In this document: in pieces, positions 11,596 to 20,542 of the stretch | How positions within the stretch are numbered: the stretch's first letter is position 1 | Layout of the letters: the number at the start of each line of letters is the position of its first letter | Assembly: GCA_031371915.1 (NCBI GenBank) | Contig: JANMKG010000420.1 | Span: 1 to 63,887, forward strand | Length of the DNA stretch: 63,887 nucleotides | Reading direction: 5' to 3' | From: Chitinophagaceae bacterium | GTDB lineage: Bacteria; Bacteroidota; Bacteroidia; Chitinophagales; Chitinophagaceae | Program-made: the position numbers and the translations under genes | The notes under the pieces: model-generated | The model's input: the letters and a program-made list of their open reading frames with translations, nothing else | Databases searched by the model: none | What the model was told of the DNA's origin: nothing

Positions 11596-13578
11596 ATGTC
11601 AAAAAAAATATTGATCAGTTTAGTTGTTGGGGTATTATCGCTCTCCGGGAACGCCCAGGTATCTGAACAACAGATCAGCGAGCTGAAACAACAACTGGCA
11701 AAAGCCGATCACGATACTGTCCGCATGAACCTGGCTTTTCAATTAGCCAGCGGGTACCGGTTTTCCGATATCGATTCCTCTCTTTTATACACAGACCTGG
11801 CGCTTTCCCTTGCCAATAAGCTTGAATTGCCTTCTATCCAGGCACAGGGACTGTCACTGAAAGGAGCGACTTTGCTGGAGGGTGGCCGCTTACCGGAGTC
11901 TCTCCAATTTCAATTTGAGGCAATGAGTATCAGTGAAAAAATAAAGGATAGCAGTACTACAGCCTATGCTTTAAACCGGATCGGGAACACCTATATGGAG
12001 TTGGCCGATTACCCGAAGGCCAATGAATATTATTTCAGGTCTAAGAATATCTTCCAGGTTCTCAGGGATTCCGGAATGTATTTCAACGAACTTTCCAATA
12101 TTGGAAATATTTACGAATTAATGAACGTACCCGACTCAGCACTTTATTTTCAGCAACTGGTATACGAAGCGAGTGTACCAAAATATAGTGACAGAAATTT
12201 CATAACATGGCCGGAAATGATGTTCAGGCTGGGCAATGCCTGGAAATTAAAAGGCGACAAAGAAAAAGCCATGCAGTATTATAAACAGGGTATCATCGAG
12301 TCTACGATCGATAATGATACGAGGAACCTTACCATGAATAACCTCTTCCTGGCAAAGCTTTATAACGAGATGAACAAGCCTGACTCCAGTATGAAATATG
12401 CCTACCAGGCTATCCAGACCGGGAAAAAGGTTTCGTTTAGAAAAGGCGTGTATGACGCATCAATGCTATTGAGCGAATTATTCCGCCGGCAGGGTCGTAA
12501 CGACAGTGCCTATGAATATTTATACAGGGCGACCGTGGAAAAAGACAGCCTGACAGGAACTAAACGTTTCCAGGACTTGCAAAGGATCTTGCTGGATGAG
12601 CAGGAGCACCAGCGCCAAACGGAAGAACGAAGAGTCGCGACACAAAATAAACAAAAGCAACTTGCGCTATTTGCGGGGTTGGGATTATTCCTTATCGTGG
12701 CAGCTTTTCTTTACCGGAACAACAGGCAAAAACAAAAAACCAATAAGACATTAGAAACAACACTTAATGATCTGAAGTCTACGCAATCACAGCTCATTCA
12801 ATCGGAAAAAATGGCTTCTCTTGGTGAATTGACCGCGGGGATCGCCCACGAGATCCAGAACCCACTAAACTTTGTGAATAATTTTTCAGAAGTGAATACG
12901 GAACTGATCGACGAGATGGGCCAGGAATTGGATAAAGGAAACCTGGAAGACGCTAAATCCCTGGCAAAGAATATTAAAGAAAATGAAGAGAAGATCAACC
13001 ACCATGGTAAACGCGCTGATTCCATCGTTAAGGGAATGCTGCAGCACAGCCGCAACAGTAATGGGCAAAAAGAACTTACAGATATCAATACGCTTGCGGA
13101 TGAATGTATGCGGCTTAGTTACCATGGCCTACGGGCTAAGGACAAAACCTTCAATGCGAAAACAGAAACGCATTTCGATACCAGCCTGCCTAAAATAAAT
13201 ATAGTTTCGCAGGATATAGGACGGGTGATCCTCAACCTGTTTACTAACGCTTTTTATTCCGTGATGCAGAAGAAAAAGCAATGGGGAGATTCCTTTGAAC
13301 CTGTCGTTGCTGTAAAGACTTTTTTGAACCCTCCGCCAGCTGGCGGAGGCAGGGGGGCTTGTATCGCCATTGTTATACGGGATAACGGTAATGGTATACC
13401 GCAAAAAGTGATTGAGAAGATATTCCAGCCTTTCTTTACTACCAAGCCGGTGGGCGAAGGAACGGGCCTGGGACTGAGTATGAGTTACGATATCATCAGC
13501 AAAGGCCATGGCGGTCAATTAAAAGTGGACAGCGTGGAAGGGGAATATGCAGAATTCATCATTATTTTACCCATATAA
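11596..13578 (+). CDS. Sensor histidine kinase HK6 (TPR periplasmic sensor)
   Basis: ATG at 11596 (MSKKILISLVV signal peptide); TPRs; TM LALFAGLGLFLIVAAFLY; kinase core. Confidence 0.9.
   Translation: MSKKILISLVVGVLSLSGNAQVSEQQISELKQQLAKADHDTVRMNLAFQLASGYRFSDIDSSLLYTDLALSLANKLELPSIQAQGLSLKGATLLEGGRLPESLQFQFEAMSISEKIKDSSTTAYALNRIGNTYMELADYPKANEYYFRSKNIFQVLRDSGMYFNELSNIGNIYELMNVPDSALYFQQLVYEASVPKYSDRNFITWPEMMFRLGNAWKLKGDKEKAMQYYKQGIIESTIDNDTRNLTMNNLFLAKLYNEMNKPDSSMKYAYQAIQTGKKVSFRKGVYDASMLLSELFRRQGRNDSAYEYLYRATVEKDSLTGTKRFQDLQRILLDEQEHQRQTEERRVATQNKQKQLALFAGLGLFLIVAAFLYRNNRQKQKTNKTLETTLNDLKSTQSQLIQSEKMASLGELTAGIAHEIQNPLNFVNNFSEVNTELIDEMGQELDKGNLEDAKSLAKNIKENEEKINHHGKRADSIVKGMLQHSRNSNGQKELTDINTLADECMRLSYHGLRAKDKTFNAKTETHFDTSLPKINIVSQDIGRVILNLFTNAFYSVMQKKKQWGDSFEPVVAVKTFLNPPPAGGGRGACIAIVIRDNGNGIPQKVIEKIFQPFFTTKPVGEGTGLGLSMSYDIISKGHGGQLKVDSVEGEYAEFIIILPI
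13329..13358 (+). repeat. Palindromic element inside HK6
   Basis: Perfect 20-bp palindrome CCTCCGCCAGCTGGCGGAGG followed by CAGGGGGGC, translated PPPAGGGRGA. Confidence 0.75.
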
Positions 13579-13594
13579 ATCATACATTCATCAG

Positions 13595-13969
13595 ATGAAA
13601 ATTTTAGTAGTTGATGACGAAAAAGATGTCCAGGTCCTTTTTGAACAACGTTTCAGGAAAGAGATCCGTGACAAGGTTATGGAATTTGTCTTTGCTTTCT
13701 CGGGTGAGGAAGCGCTGAGCTATCTTAACAAGCATGAGCACGAAGCCGTGTTGATCCTGTCCGATATCAACATGCCGGGCATGAGCGGGCTTGACCTGCT
13801 GGGCCAGATCAAACAAAAGTATATGAAACCCCCGCCAGTTGTCATGATGATAACCGCGTACGGAGATAAAGAAAATTACGATACTGCCATGAAACTCGGC
13901 GCTGATGATTTTTTAACCAAGCCGCTCGAGTTTAATCTCCTGAAGGAAAAATTAAAAGCAATAAACTGA
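13595..13969 (+). CDS. Single-domain response regulator (receiver)
   Basis: MKILVVDDE, SDINMP, ITAYG, FLTKP; ATG at 13595. Confidence 0.93.
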   Translation: MKILVVDDEKDVQVLFEQRFRKEIRDKVMEFVFAFSGEEALSYLNKHEHEAVLILSDINMPGMSGLDLLGQIKQKYMKPPPVVMMITAYGDKENYDTAMKLGADDFLTKPLEFNLLKEKLKAIN

Positions 13970-15009
13970 TGGCAAAGATCCTGGTAGTGGATGATGAGGC
14001 GGATCTCGAAGTCCTGATCAAACAAAAATTCCGGCAAAAGATCAGGGAGCACCAGTACGAGTTCCTGTTTGCCATTAATGGGGTAAAGGCGCTGGAGCAA
14101 CTGGAGCAGCACCATGATGTGGATGTGGTGCTCAGCGATATCAACATGCCGGAAATGGATGGCCTGACCCTGCTGACCAAACTCAACGAACAGAATGGGC
14201 TATTAAAATCGGTGATCGTCTCAGCTTATGGTGATATGGACAATATCCGTACAGCCATGAACCGTGGCGCTTTTGATTTTATTACCAAGCCGGTGAACTT
14301 CGAGGACCTTGAACTGACGATGGAAAAGACCATCAAACATGTGGGGCAACTCCGCGAGACCATGAAAGCCATCAAGGAAAATAATATCCTTAAGATGTAC
14401 GTGGATGAAACAGTGTTGAATTTTATGGGAGGGCGGGAATTTGAAACATCCCTTATGCAGAACGAGACCGTTGAAGCAACTGTCGCTTTCGTTGATATCT
14501 GCAGCTTTACTTCTATCAGTGAAAATGAGACCCCGGATACGGTGGTCAGGTTGCTGAACAATTATTTTGATGTGATGGTTAAAGAGATCATCGCACAGGG
14601 TGGTTATATTGACAAGTTCATCGGGGACGCTATCATGGCGGTTTTCCGGGGCGATTACCACCTGGACAGGGCTATAGATGCCTGTTTGGCGGTTCGGAAA
14701 AAGGTGGCGGAATTACCTTCTGTCAATGACCATGTATCTTTTACTCCCCAGGTTTCGATCGGTATCAACAGTGGGGAAATGATCTCGGGTAATATCGGTT
14801 CTGTCAATCTCCGCCGCCTTGATTATACCGTGATCGGGGATGCCGTGAATATCGCACAGCGCTTACAAGGTGCTGCAGGTCCCGGCCAGATCATGATCAA
14901 TGAACCGGCCTACGATAAAGTGAAGGAATCATTTAATTGCCGTAAGGTAGGAGAAGTGAGTTTAAAGAATAAGGCCAACCCGATGATGGCTTACGAGGTA
15001 ATGGACTAA
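13969..15009 (+). CDS. Receiver domain fused to a class III adenylate cyclase
   Basis: N-terminal REC; FVDICSFT, DKFIGDAIMAVF, GINSG, YTVIGDAVNIAQRL. Lys/Thr specificity residues suggest ATP as substrate. TGATG coupling to the upstream gene. Confidence 0.92.
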   Translation: MAKILVVDDEADLEVLIKQKFRQKIREHQYEFLFAINGVKALEQLEQHHDVDVVLSDINMPEMDGLTLLTKLNEQNGLLKSVIVSAYGDMDNIRTAMNRGAFDFITKPVNFEDLELTMEKTIKHVGQLRETMKAIKENNILKMYVDETVLNFMGGREFETSLMQNETVEATVAFVDICSFTSISENETPDTVVRLLNNYFDVMVKEIIAQGGYIDKFIGDAIMAVFRGDYHLDRAIDACLAVRKKVAELPSVNDHVSFTPQVSIGINSGEMISGNIGSVNLRRLDYTVIGDAVNIAQRLQGAAGPGQIMINEPAYDKVKESFNCRKVGEVSLKNKANPMMAYEVMD

Positions 15010-15025
15010 CTATCAAAAAAATTTC

Positions 15026-16486
15026 ATGCAATACGAAGAGGTTTATTCATTCCTTATGCCTAAGCTGGAAAAAGAATTACCAGCTTACCTCACGTATCAC
15101 AACATAGCACATACAAAAGCTGTTATTGAAGCAACGGAACACCTGGCCGTAGCGGAGGATCGCTCACCCGGGGAAGTGCTCTTGCTTAAAACGGCGGCTT
15201 TATTTCATGATGCAGGTTTCCTGGAGAATCATCATAAACACGAAGAGATCTCCTGCCGGCTGGCAAAGAAATACCTGCCCGCTTACTCATATACCGATGA
15301 AGAAATTGATGTGATCTGTGGTATGATCATGGCCACCAAATTGCCCCAGTCCCCGGGTTCGGAATTAGCAAAATATCTTTGTGACGCAGACCTTTATTAT
15401 TTAGGGACTGATGAATATAGGGAGACCGCGGATAGAATGTTTACCGAATTCAAAAGAACGGGCTTTGTCAAAACAAAAACCGACTGGCTGCTGAAGCAGG
15501 CTGATTTTTTATCTTCCCATAAATATTTCACTGAAACCGCAAGGGCAGAGAGAGAGCCCCGTAAACAAATAACCCTTAAGGAACTTAAAGCTTCCGTAAA
15601 AGCAAGTCATGCACATTCTCATAGCGCCAGCTTGCCGGAGAAAATACAGGACGCCTGCTTTATGGTGATGGGTGTGGTGATAGCCAGCTTCGCTTTAAAG
15701 GAATTCCTGGTGCCTAATAAGTTTTTTGATGGAGGAGTTACCGGGTTGTCCCTGCTGACTCATGAACTGTATCATTTTAACCTGGCAGTTGTTATCGGGT
15801 TGTTCAACCTGCCGCTGGTGATCATCAGCTATTTTTCGGTAGGCCGGAATTTTGCCATCAAAACTTTTATCAGTGTCATTTTGCTTGGTATTTCACTCAC
15901 CCTCATGCCGGATTATGCCCTTACACAGGACAAATTGCTGATCGCTGTTTTTGGAGGCGTTTTTTTAGGCATCGGTATAGGATTGATCATGAGGGCTGGC
16001 GCGGCTTTGGACGGTATTGAAGTACTGGCGCTATATACCCTGAAACGAACTTCTTTTACGATCACCGAGATCATTTTAGGAATTAATATTCTCATCTTTA
16101 CGATCGCCGCATTGAAGTTTGGTATTGAAACCGCGCTGTATTCCATTCTTACTTATTTTGCCGCTACCCGCAGTATCGATTACGTGGTGGAAGGTTTGCA
16201 GGCTTATACCGGGGTAACCATCATCTCCGCGGAAAGCGAGCTTATTAAATATGAGCTGGTGAATAACCTGGGAAGAGGAATAACAGTTTACAAAGGAGAG
16301 CGGGGTTTTCTTCCCGGTAATTTTGATGTGAGCGCGGACTGCGATATCATCTTTACCGTGATCACCCGGCTGGAACTGCGAAAACTAAATAACCTCGTAC
16401 ATGATGTGGATCCAAAGGCATTTGTTTTTGCGAACACCATCCGGGAGGCTTCGGGGGGGATCATCAAGCGAAGGCATAAGCATTGA
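15026..16486 (+). CDS. HD phosphohydrolase domain fused to a YitT family membrane protein
   Basis: YHNIAHT...ALFHDAGF...CDADL, then YitT (FLVPNKFFDGGVTGLSLL, several TMs) and a C-terminal DUF2179-like segment (RGIT...DPKAFV). Confidence 0.85.
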   Translation: MQYEEVYSFLMPKLEKELPAYLTYHNIAHTKAVIEATEHLAVAEDRSPGEVLLLKTAALFHDAGFLENHHKHEEISCRLAKKYLPAYSYTDEEIDVICGMIMATKLPQSPGSELAKYLCDADLYYLGTDEYRETADRMFTEFKRTGFVKTKTDWLLKQADFLSSHKYFTETARAEREPRKQITLKELKASVKASHAHSHSASLPEKIQDACFMVMGVVIASFALKEFLVPNKFFDGGVTGLSLLTHELYHFNLAVVIGLFNLPLVIISYFSVGRNFAIKTFISVILLGISLTLMPDYALTQDKLLIAVFGGVFLGIGIGLIMRAGAALDGIEVLALYTLKRTSFTITEIILGINILIFTIAALKFGIETALYSILTYFAATRSIDYVVEGLQAYTGVTIISAESELIKYELVNNLGRGITVYKGERGFLPGNFDVSADCDIIFTVITRLELRKLNNLVHDVDPKAFVFANTIREASGGIIKRRHKH

Positions 16487-16489
16487 GGT

Positions 16490-16611
16490 AATTGGGAAAT
16501 TTTGGAATTGGGAGATTGGGAAATTTATCCTTGCCACCAGATTTCGAATCATCTTAAATCACCAAAAATTTTGAAGATAGGCCTGTAAAGCAATTTCCCA
16601 ATTTTAAAATT
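16490..16611. repeat. Degenerate 8-mer tandem repeat with an inverted arm between convergent genes
   Basis: AATTGGGA AATTTTGG AATTGGGA GATTGGGA AATTT ... CAATTTCCCAATTTTAAAATT. Confidence 0.55.
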
Positions 16612-16612
16612 C

Positions 16613-17350
16613 TTACAGCCCCAGCACTTCTTTTAACTTCCCATACCCACTCCGGCTCACAGGAACTTTTGCTCCCGAACGGAGAATCGCTACATGGTTA
16701 TCTTTCTCGTAAGGATCGATCCTTGTTATCTGCTGTACATTGACAATATAAGACCGGTGTGAACGGACGAATTGCTGCCCATCCAGTGCCTGCTCAAAAT
16801 GGTTCATCGTTTTATTCTTCAGGAAATAACCTTCGGGAGTATGGATCTTTACATAATCATCCGCGGCTTCCAGGTAAAACACATCATGTACGGGAATGAT
16901 CTTGATCTTGCTCCCGTTCTTCACTACGATCCGCTGGCTTTGCGCTGGAGACAACGAGGCCGATTCAAGCAGGTCCTGTGTTTTCTCAGCATTGGCAGAA
17001 CGCTGCTCATTCCATTTGGCGATCGCTTTATCAAAACGCTCCTGGTTAAAAGGTTTTAATAAATAATCAATAGCATGGGCTTCGAATGCCCTGATGGCAA
17101 ATTCGTCAAAAGCAGTCGTAAAAATAACAGCCGGGGGCTGGTCGATCAGTTCAAGCATTTCAAAACCCGTGATCTTTGGCATCTGGATATCCAGGAACAC
17201 AAGGTCAGGCTGGTGCTGCTGGATCGCTTTTAAACCGTCAAAGCCGTCATTGCATTCCTGCACCATTTCCAGTTGAGGATGTTTTTGCAGGAACTCTTTT
17301 ACGATGCTTCTTGCCAGCGGCTCATCGTCTATGATTATTACTTTGCTCAT
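16613..17350 (-). CDS. LytTR family response regulator
   Basis: IIDDEPLAR, FLDIQMP, DYLLKP, FVRSHRSYIVN, VPVSR. Confidence 0.95.
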   Translation of the reverse strand: MSKVIIIDDEPLARSIVKEFLQKHPQLEMVQECNDGFDGLKAIQQHQPDLVFLDIQMPKITGFEMLELIDQPPAVIFTTAFDEFAIRAFEAHAIDYLLKPFNQERFDKAIAKWNEQRSANAEKTQDLLESASLSPAQSQRIVVKNGSKIKIIPVHDVFYLEAADDYVKIHTPEGYFLKNKTMNHFEQALDGQQFVRSHRSYIVNVQQITRIDPYEKDNHVAILRSGAKVPVSRSGYGKLKEVLGL

Positions 17351-17367
17351 ATTGTTTTTTGTTTAAT

Positions 17368-17415
17368 AAACCCTCCAAGGTTTCCATGGAAGAATCAGCA
17401 AACCTTGGAGGGTTT
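17368..17415. repeat. REP-like inverted repeat, 16-bp stem
   Basis: AAACCCTCCAAGGTTT-N16-AAACCTTGGAGGGTTT between the lytS-like and lytTR genes. Confidence 0.7.
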
Positions 17416-17418
17416 TAT

Positions 17419-18459
17419 TCAACCTATTTGCGGAATTTTTACGATCGTTGTAAAGATATTTTGTTTTGCATCAGTGGTAAGCAGGTCTGTCCGGGCAAAG
17501 AGCAGGTACAATCTCCGCTGAACGGATTTGAGCCCAAAACCCGTGCCTTGCCGGGGCGAGGAAGTTTCAGGGTCAAAGGGATTCAGCACTCGTATCACCA
17601 GGTTATTTTCTTCTTTAGAAGCATACAGGCGAATCACCGTATCACCGGTTGTATCATAGAGTCCAAACTTGATCGCATTTTCCACGATGGGTTGTAATAA
17701 CAGTGCCGGGAGTTTTAAGGATTCCAGGCCTTCGTCTATTTCAATTTCTGTGCTGAGACGGTTACCAAACCTCACTTTTTCAATATCAAGGTACAATTGC
17801 AGGTATTGAAGTTCCTCCTGTAGCGATACCCATTGGGTATCCTCTTTTTTAATCGTTCCCCTTAAAAAGTCGGATAACTGCTGTACCATTTTCCGGGCTT
17901 CATCTGGTCGGCTCCCGATCAGGGCATTGATAGAATTCAAACTATTGAATAAAAAATGTGGCTGCAATTGTTGCCTGAGTTTGAATAATTCCGCTTCCTT
18001 AGCCAGTTTCTCGGCATCGGTCTTTCTTTCATCTTTTTCTTTTTGTTCCAGCTGGTTATACCAGAGAATGCTGATCATGGTCACACAACCCAGCAGGAGG
18101 AAGGAAATACTGAACCGTATAGAGAGAGAGTGATGGAGGAGTTCGTTGTAACCCTCGTACTTACCCAGGGCCAGTTTCAATAATAGGTTAACCAGCAGGA
18201 GCCAGGCGATCGTAAGAAAAAGACAAAGGGAAAAAACATTGATATACTGCTGGCCCCGTGGAAGATAATAACGGAGAGTGTTCATCACCAGGAGACAAAC
18301 CAGCAGCAACAAAGTATTACATATCGCACTGTCAATAATGGCCGCTTTTAAAGGAAGGCCAAAGAAATTTAGCACCATGGCATTGTCACCCATCATCACC
18401 AGCCAGCAGATAATGAAAATGATCCTGAATTTTGTTATGGCAAGGGGAGATTTGGTCAT
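17419..18459 (-). CDS. LytS/YehU-type sensor histidine kinase
   Basis: Four N-terminal TMs; QLQPHFLFNSLNSI; QPIVENAIKFG; GTGFGL. Confidence 0.93.
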   Translation of the reverse strand: MTKSPLAITKFRIIFIICWLVMMGDNAMVLNFFGLPLKAAIIDSAICNTLLLLVCLLVMNTLRYYLPRGQQYINVFSLCLFLTIAWLLLVNLLLKLALGKYEGYNELLHHSLSIRFSISFLLLGCVTMISILWYNQLEQKEKDERKTDAEKLAKEAELFKLRQQLQPHFLFNSLNSINALIGSRPDEARKMVQQLSDFLRGTIKKEDTQWVSLQEELQYLQLYLDIEKVRFGNRLSTEIEIDEGLESLKLPALLLQPIVENAIKFGLYDTTGDTVIRLYASKEENNLVIRVLNPFDPETSSPRQGTGFGLKSVQRRLYLLFARTDLLTTDAKQNIFTTIVKIPQIG

Positions 18460-18465
18460 GCAGTT

Positions 18466-18825
18466 TTATACCAGGTTCAATAATTCGTGGGTATTACCAA
18501 AACGGAGCTGTTCTGCTTTCTTATGGATGATATGAAGGTAACTCTCTGCATTCTCTTTTTCCTCGATCCGGGAGTAGAGTTCCGCCCCATCGATCAACTC
18601 GTTCAGCCGGTATAATTCACTCACGCTGATGAACTGCCATTGCACCAGCTGCTGTTGCTGGTTAAAGAACATTTCTTCCTCCTTTATTCCCAGTAATTGG
18701 GCCTTATGAAAGGCTTCTTCTTTACTGGCAGCGGATACTAAGCGAAGTTGCTCATCAAACTGCGCCATGTGGTTGCCATTACCACAGATGATACGAAAGA
18801 TCATCTTTGCAAGGTACCAGTTCAT
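18466..18825 (-). CDS. DUF4288-like protein
   Basis: MNWYLAK...FDEQLRLV.A.S.EEAF.KA...VQWQF...DGAELYS pattern. Confidence 0.7.
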   Translation of the reverse strand: MNWYLAKMIFRIICGNGNHMAQFDEQLRLVSAASKEEAFHKAQLLGIKEEEMFFNQQQQLVQWQFISVSELYRLNELIDGAELYSRIEEKENAESYLHIIHKKAEQLRFGNTHELLNLV

Positions 18826-18827
18826 GA

Positions 18828-18883
18828 TAGTTTATGGTTTTTGGTTACTGGTTATTGGTTACTGGTTACTTGTTGTTGGTTAT
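18828..18883. repeat. Heptamer tandem array, 8 units, consensus TGGTTAY
   Basis: TAGTTTA TGGTTTT TGGTTAC TGGTTAT TGGTTAC TGGTTAC TTGTTGT TGGTTAT; followed by AATCTTCA-type 8-mers near 18931-18958. Confidence 0.8.
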
Positions 18884-18962
18884 CCTTAGTGCATCCTTCC
18901 CTCTTTCTTTAATCACTGGTTCTATTTCCAGATTCTCAAATCTTCAAATCTTCAAATTTGTT

Positions 18963-19787
18963 TTAGAAACTTTTGATCTCGATCCCCCCGAAGATCACGG
19001 TTCCTTTCAGCAGTAACACTTTTTCCGGGTCATCTAAAGCGGTCTGCATATTCCGTTTATCTTCCAGCCCGCCAAAAATGGTCACCGCTTCTGATTTTAC
19101 CGTCCAGTTGGAGGGTACGATCAGTTTGGTACCGCCGAAAATAGTAGTGAGTTCGATAACAGCCGTACCGGTAAAATCGGCGCGGGTAAGATCCAGTTCG
19201 GTGCCGCCGAATATATTTACCAGGTCACCGCCTTTAAAATTTTTGGAGATGATATTTTTTTTGGCCCCACCAAAAATAGAAGTACTGTCTACAAAATCTT
19301 CCTGGTAATCCTTTTGGTACTCATAAGATTCTTGCCGTGTGGAGCTATTTTCAGTACCGGCACCACTCAGGTTTTTTTTTTCGCCATCGGGCCGGGCCCA
19401 ATGACGTCTCCTGGGTTTCAGGATAAGAAAGCCTCCCATAACGATCAATGCCACTGGCCAGATATATTGCCGGATAGGAACTTCGGGATGGATCTCTGTA
19501 TAAAGGAAGGCTCCGCCGATCAGCATCATAATGAACCAGGCACCACCCCTGAAACCATGTTTGACCCCGCTAAAGAAACCCAGGGCAATCAAAAAAGTCT
19601 GCCAGCCAAAAAGCCAGTGCGGCAGATCAGGATTGCTGACCTTTACCAATGCCGCTACGCCGATCAGAAGAATGAAAAGCCCGGTCCATATATGACTATG
19701 ATTTCCCCGACCCTCCCTTCTTTCTTCCCAGCGTTTCCTGCGTTCTTCCCAGCGATCCCGGAACCTATTTTCAAAATCTTCCCGCAT
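18963..19787 (-). CDS. LiaF-like membrane protein (TM domain plus DUF2154-like beta domain)
   Basis: Four TMs (WQTFLIALG, WPVALIVMG) and repeated IFGG motifs; leads the LytS/LytTR operon. ATG at 19787 or TTG at 19796. Confidence 0.8.
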   Translation of the reverse strand: MREDFENRFRDRWEERRKRWEERREGRGNHSHIWTGLFILLIGVAALVKVSNPDLPHWLFGWQTFLIALGFFSGVKHGFRGGAWFIMMLIGGAFLYTEIHPEVPIRQYIWPVALIVMGGFLILKPRRRHWARPDGEKKNLSGAGTENSSTRQESYEYQKDYQEDFVDSTSIFGGAKKNIISKNFKGGDLVNIFGGTELDLTRADFTGTAVIELTTIFGGTKLIVPSNWTVKSEAVTIFGGLEDKRNMQTALDDPEKVLLLKGTVIFGGIEIKSF

Positions 19788-19803
19788 ATCTCTCAATTTT
19801 AAA

Positions 19804-19892
19804 CAAAACTAGGGAGGCAATAGTGAATAGTAAATAGTGAATGGGTCATATAGGGTGAAAACTCGGTGAATGGAGGAAAAGGGACGGTAAAA
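19804..19892 (-). promoter_or_regulatory. Promoter (-7 box) with candidate LytTR direct repeats
   Basis: TAGTTTTG on the minus strand at 19804-19811; CGGTGAA (19864) and CGGTAAA (19885) 21 bp apart; another GGTGAA at 19854. Confidence 0.45.
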
Positions 19893-19956
19893 TCCAAATA
19901 AAAAAATGGGCCCAAATGAAAAATGAACGTGAAGGATTGCTGTGCAATTTTTGTTG

Positions 19957-20066
19957 GCCACGAATTACACGGATTAACACGAATTACAGTACTCTCTTTG
20001 GTGATCTCTTACTCAGTACGCAACGCTCCCTTTAATAAGACAGAAAATCTGGGTTAATCTGTGGCT
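19957..20066. repeat. Inverted-repeat element made of CAC(A/G)(G/A)ATT-type 9/10-mers
   Basis: GCCACGAATTACACGGATTAACACGAATTA ... AATCTGGGTTAATCTGTGGC. Confidence 0.65.
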
Positions 20067-20071
20067 AATAC

Positions 20072-20368
20072 CTAATTCAACGAACTGCTCCAGATCAGTT
20101 GATAGGGATCGGTCTTCCCTTTGACACAGGTAAACAGGAAAGCGGTAATAAAAGGCATATTAATAGGGTCCTGGCCATCTTCAAAATCAATGGCCATCGT
20201 ACCGCTGACATACGTTTCAGTGCTGGAAGTTTCCTGGGCCTTTAAGCCCCGCGGCATCTCTTCTTTGCCAAACCCCAGTTCATAACGGCGGTAGGCAAGC
20301 CTTTCAACAAGATTCTGGACAAATTCAGGCTGGTCAAAACTGGCGGAAATGTGTAGATGTTGTTTCAT
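20072..20368 (-). CDS. Hypothetical protein (98 aa)
   Basis: ATG-initiated ORF filling the intergenic space; no recognised motif. Confidence 0.6.
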   Translation of the reverse strand: MKQHLHISASFDQPEFVQNLVERLAYRRYELGFGKEEMPRGLKAQETSSTETYVSGTMAIDFEDGQDPINMPFITAFLFTCVKGKTDPYQLIWSSSLN

Positions 20369-20542
20369 AGTAGGGCCTTTTACTTGTTCTGACCCTATCC
20401 TGTCCGCACTTTATCTACCCCTCAGGGTCTTATCAGTTACGGTAATTAGATGTAAAAAAGGCTTGGTTTACTTATTAAGGGAATGTGAAAGTTGAGCATA
20501 AGGGCTAACTAAAACTCTTCTACTGGCTGTTATCGGGAAACC

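Noticed and set aside
500-13578. Diversity-generating retroelement or assembly duplication behind the repeated kinase cores
   Set aside because: No reverse transcriptase; copies differ mostly at synonymous positions, not specifically at adenines, and are too diverged to be duplicated assembly segments.
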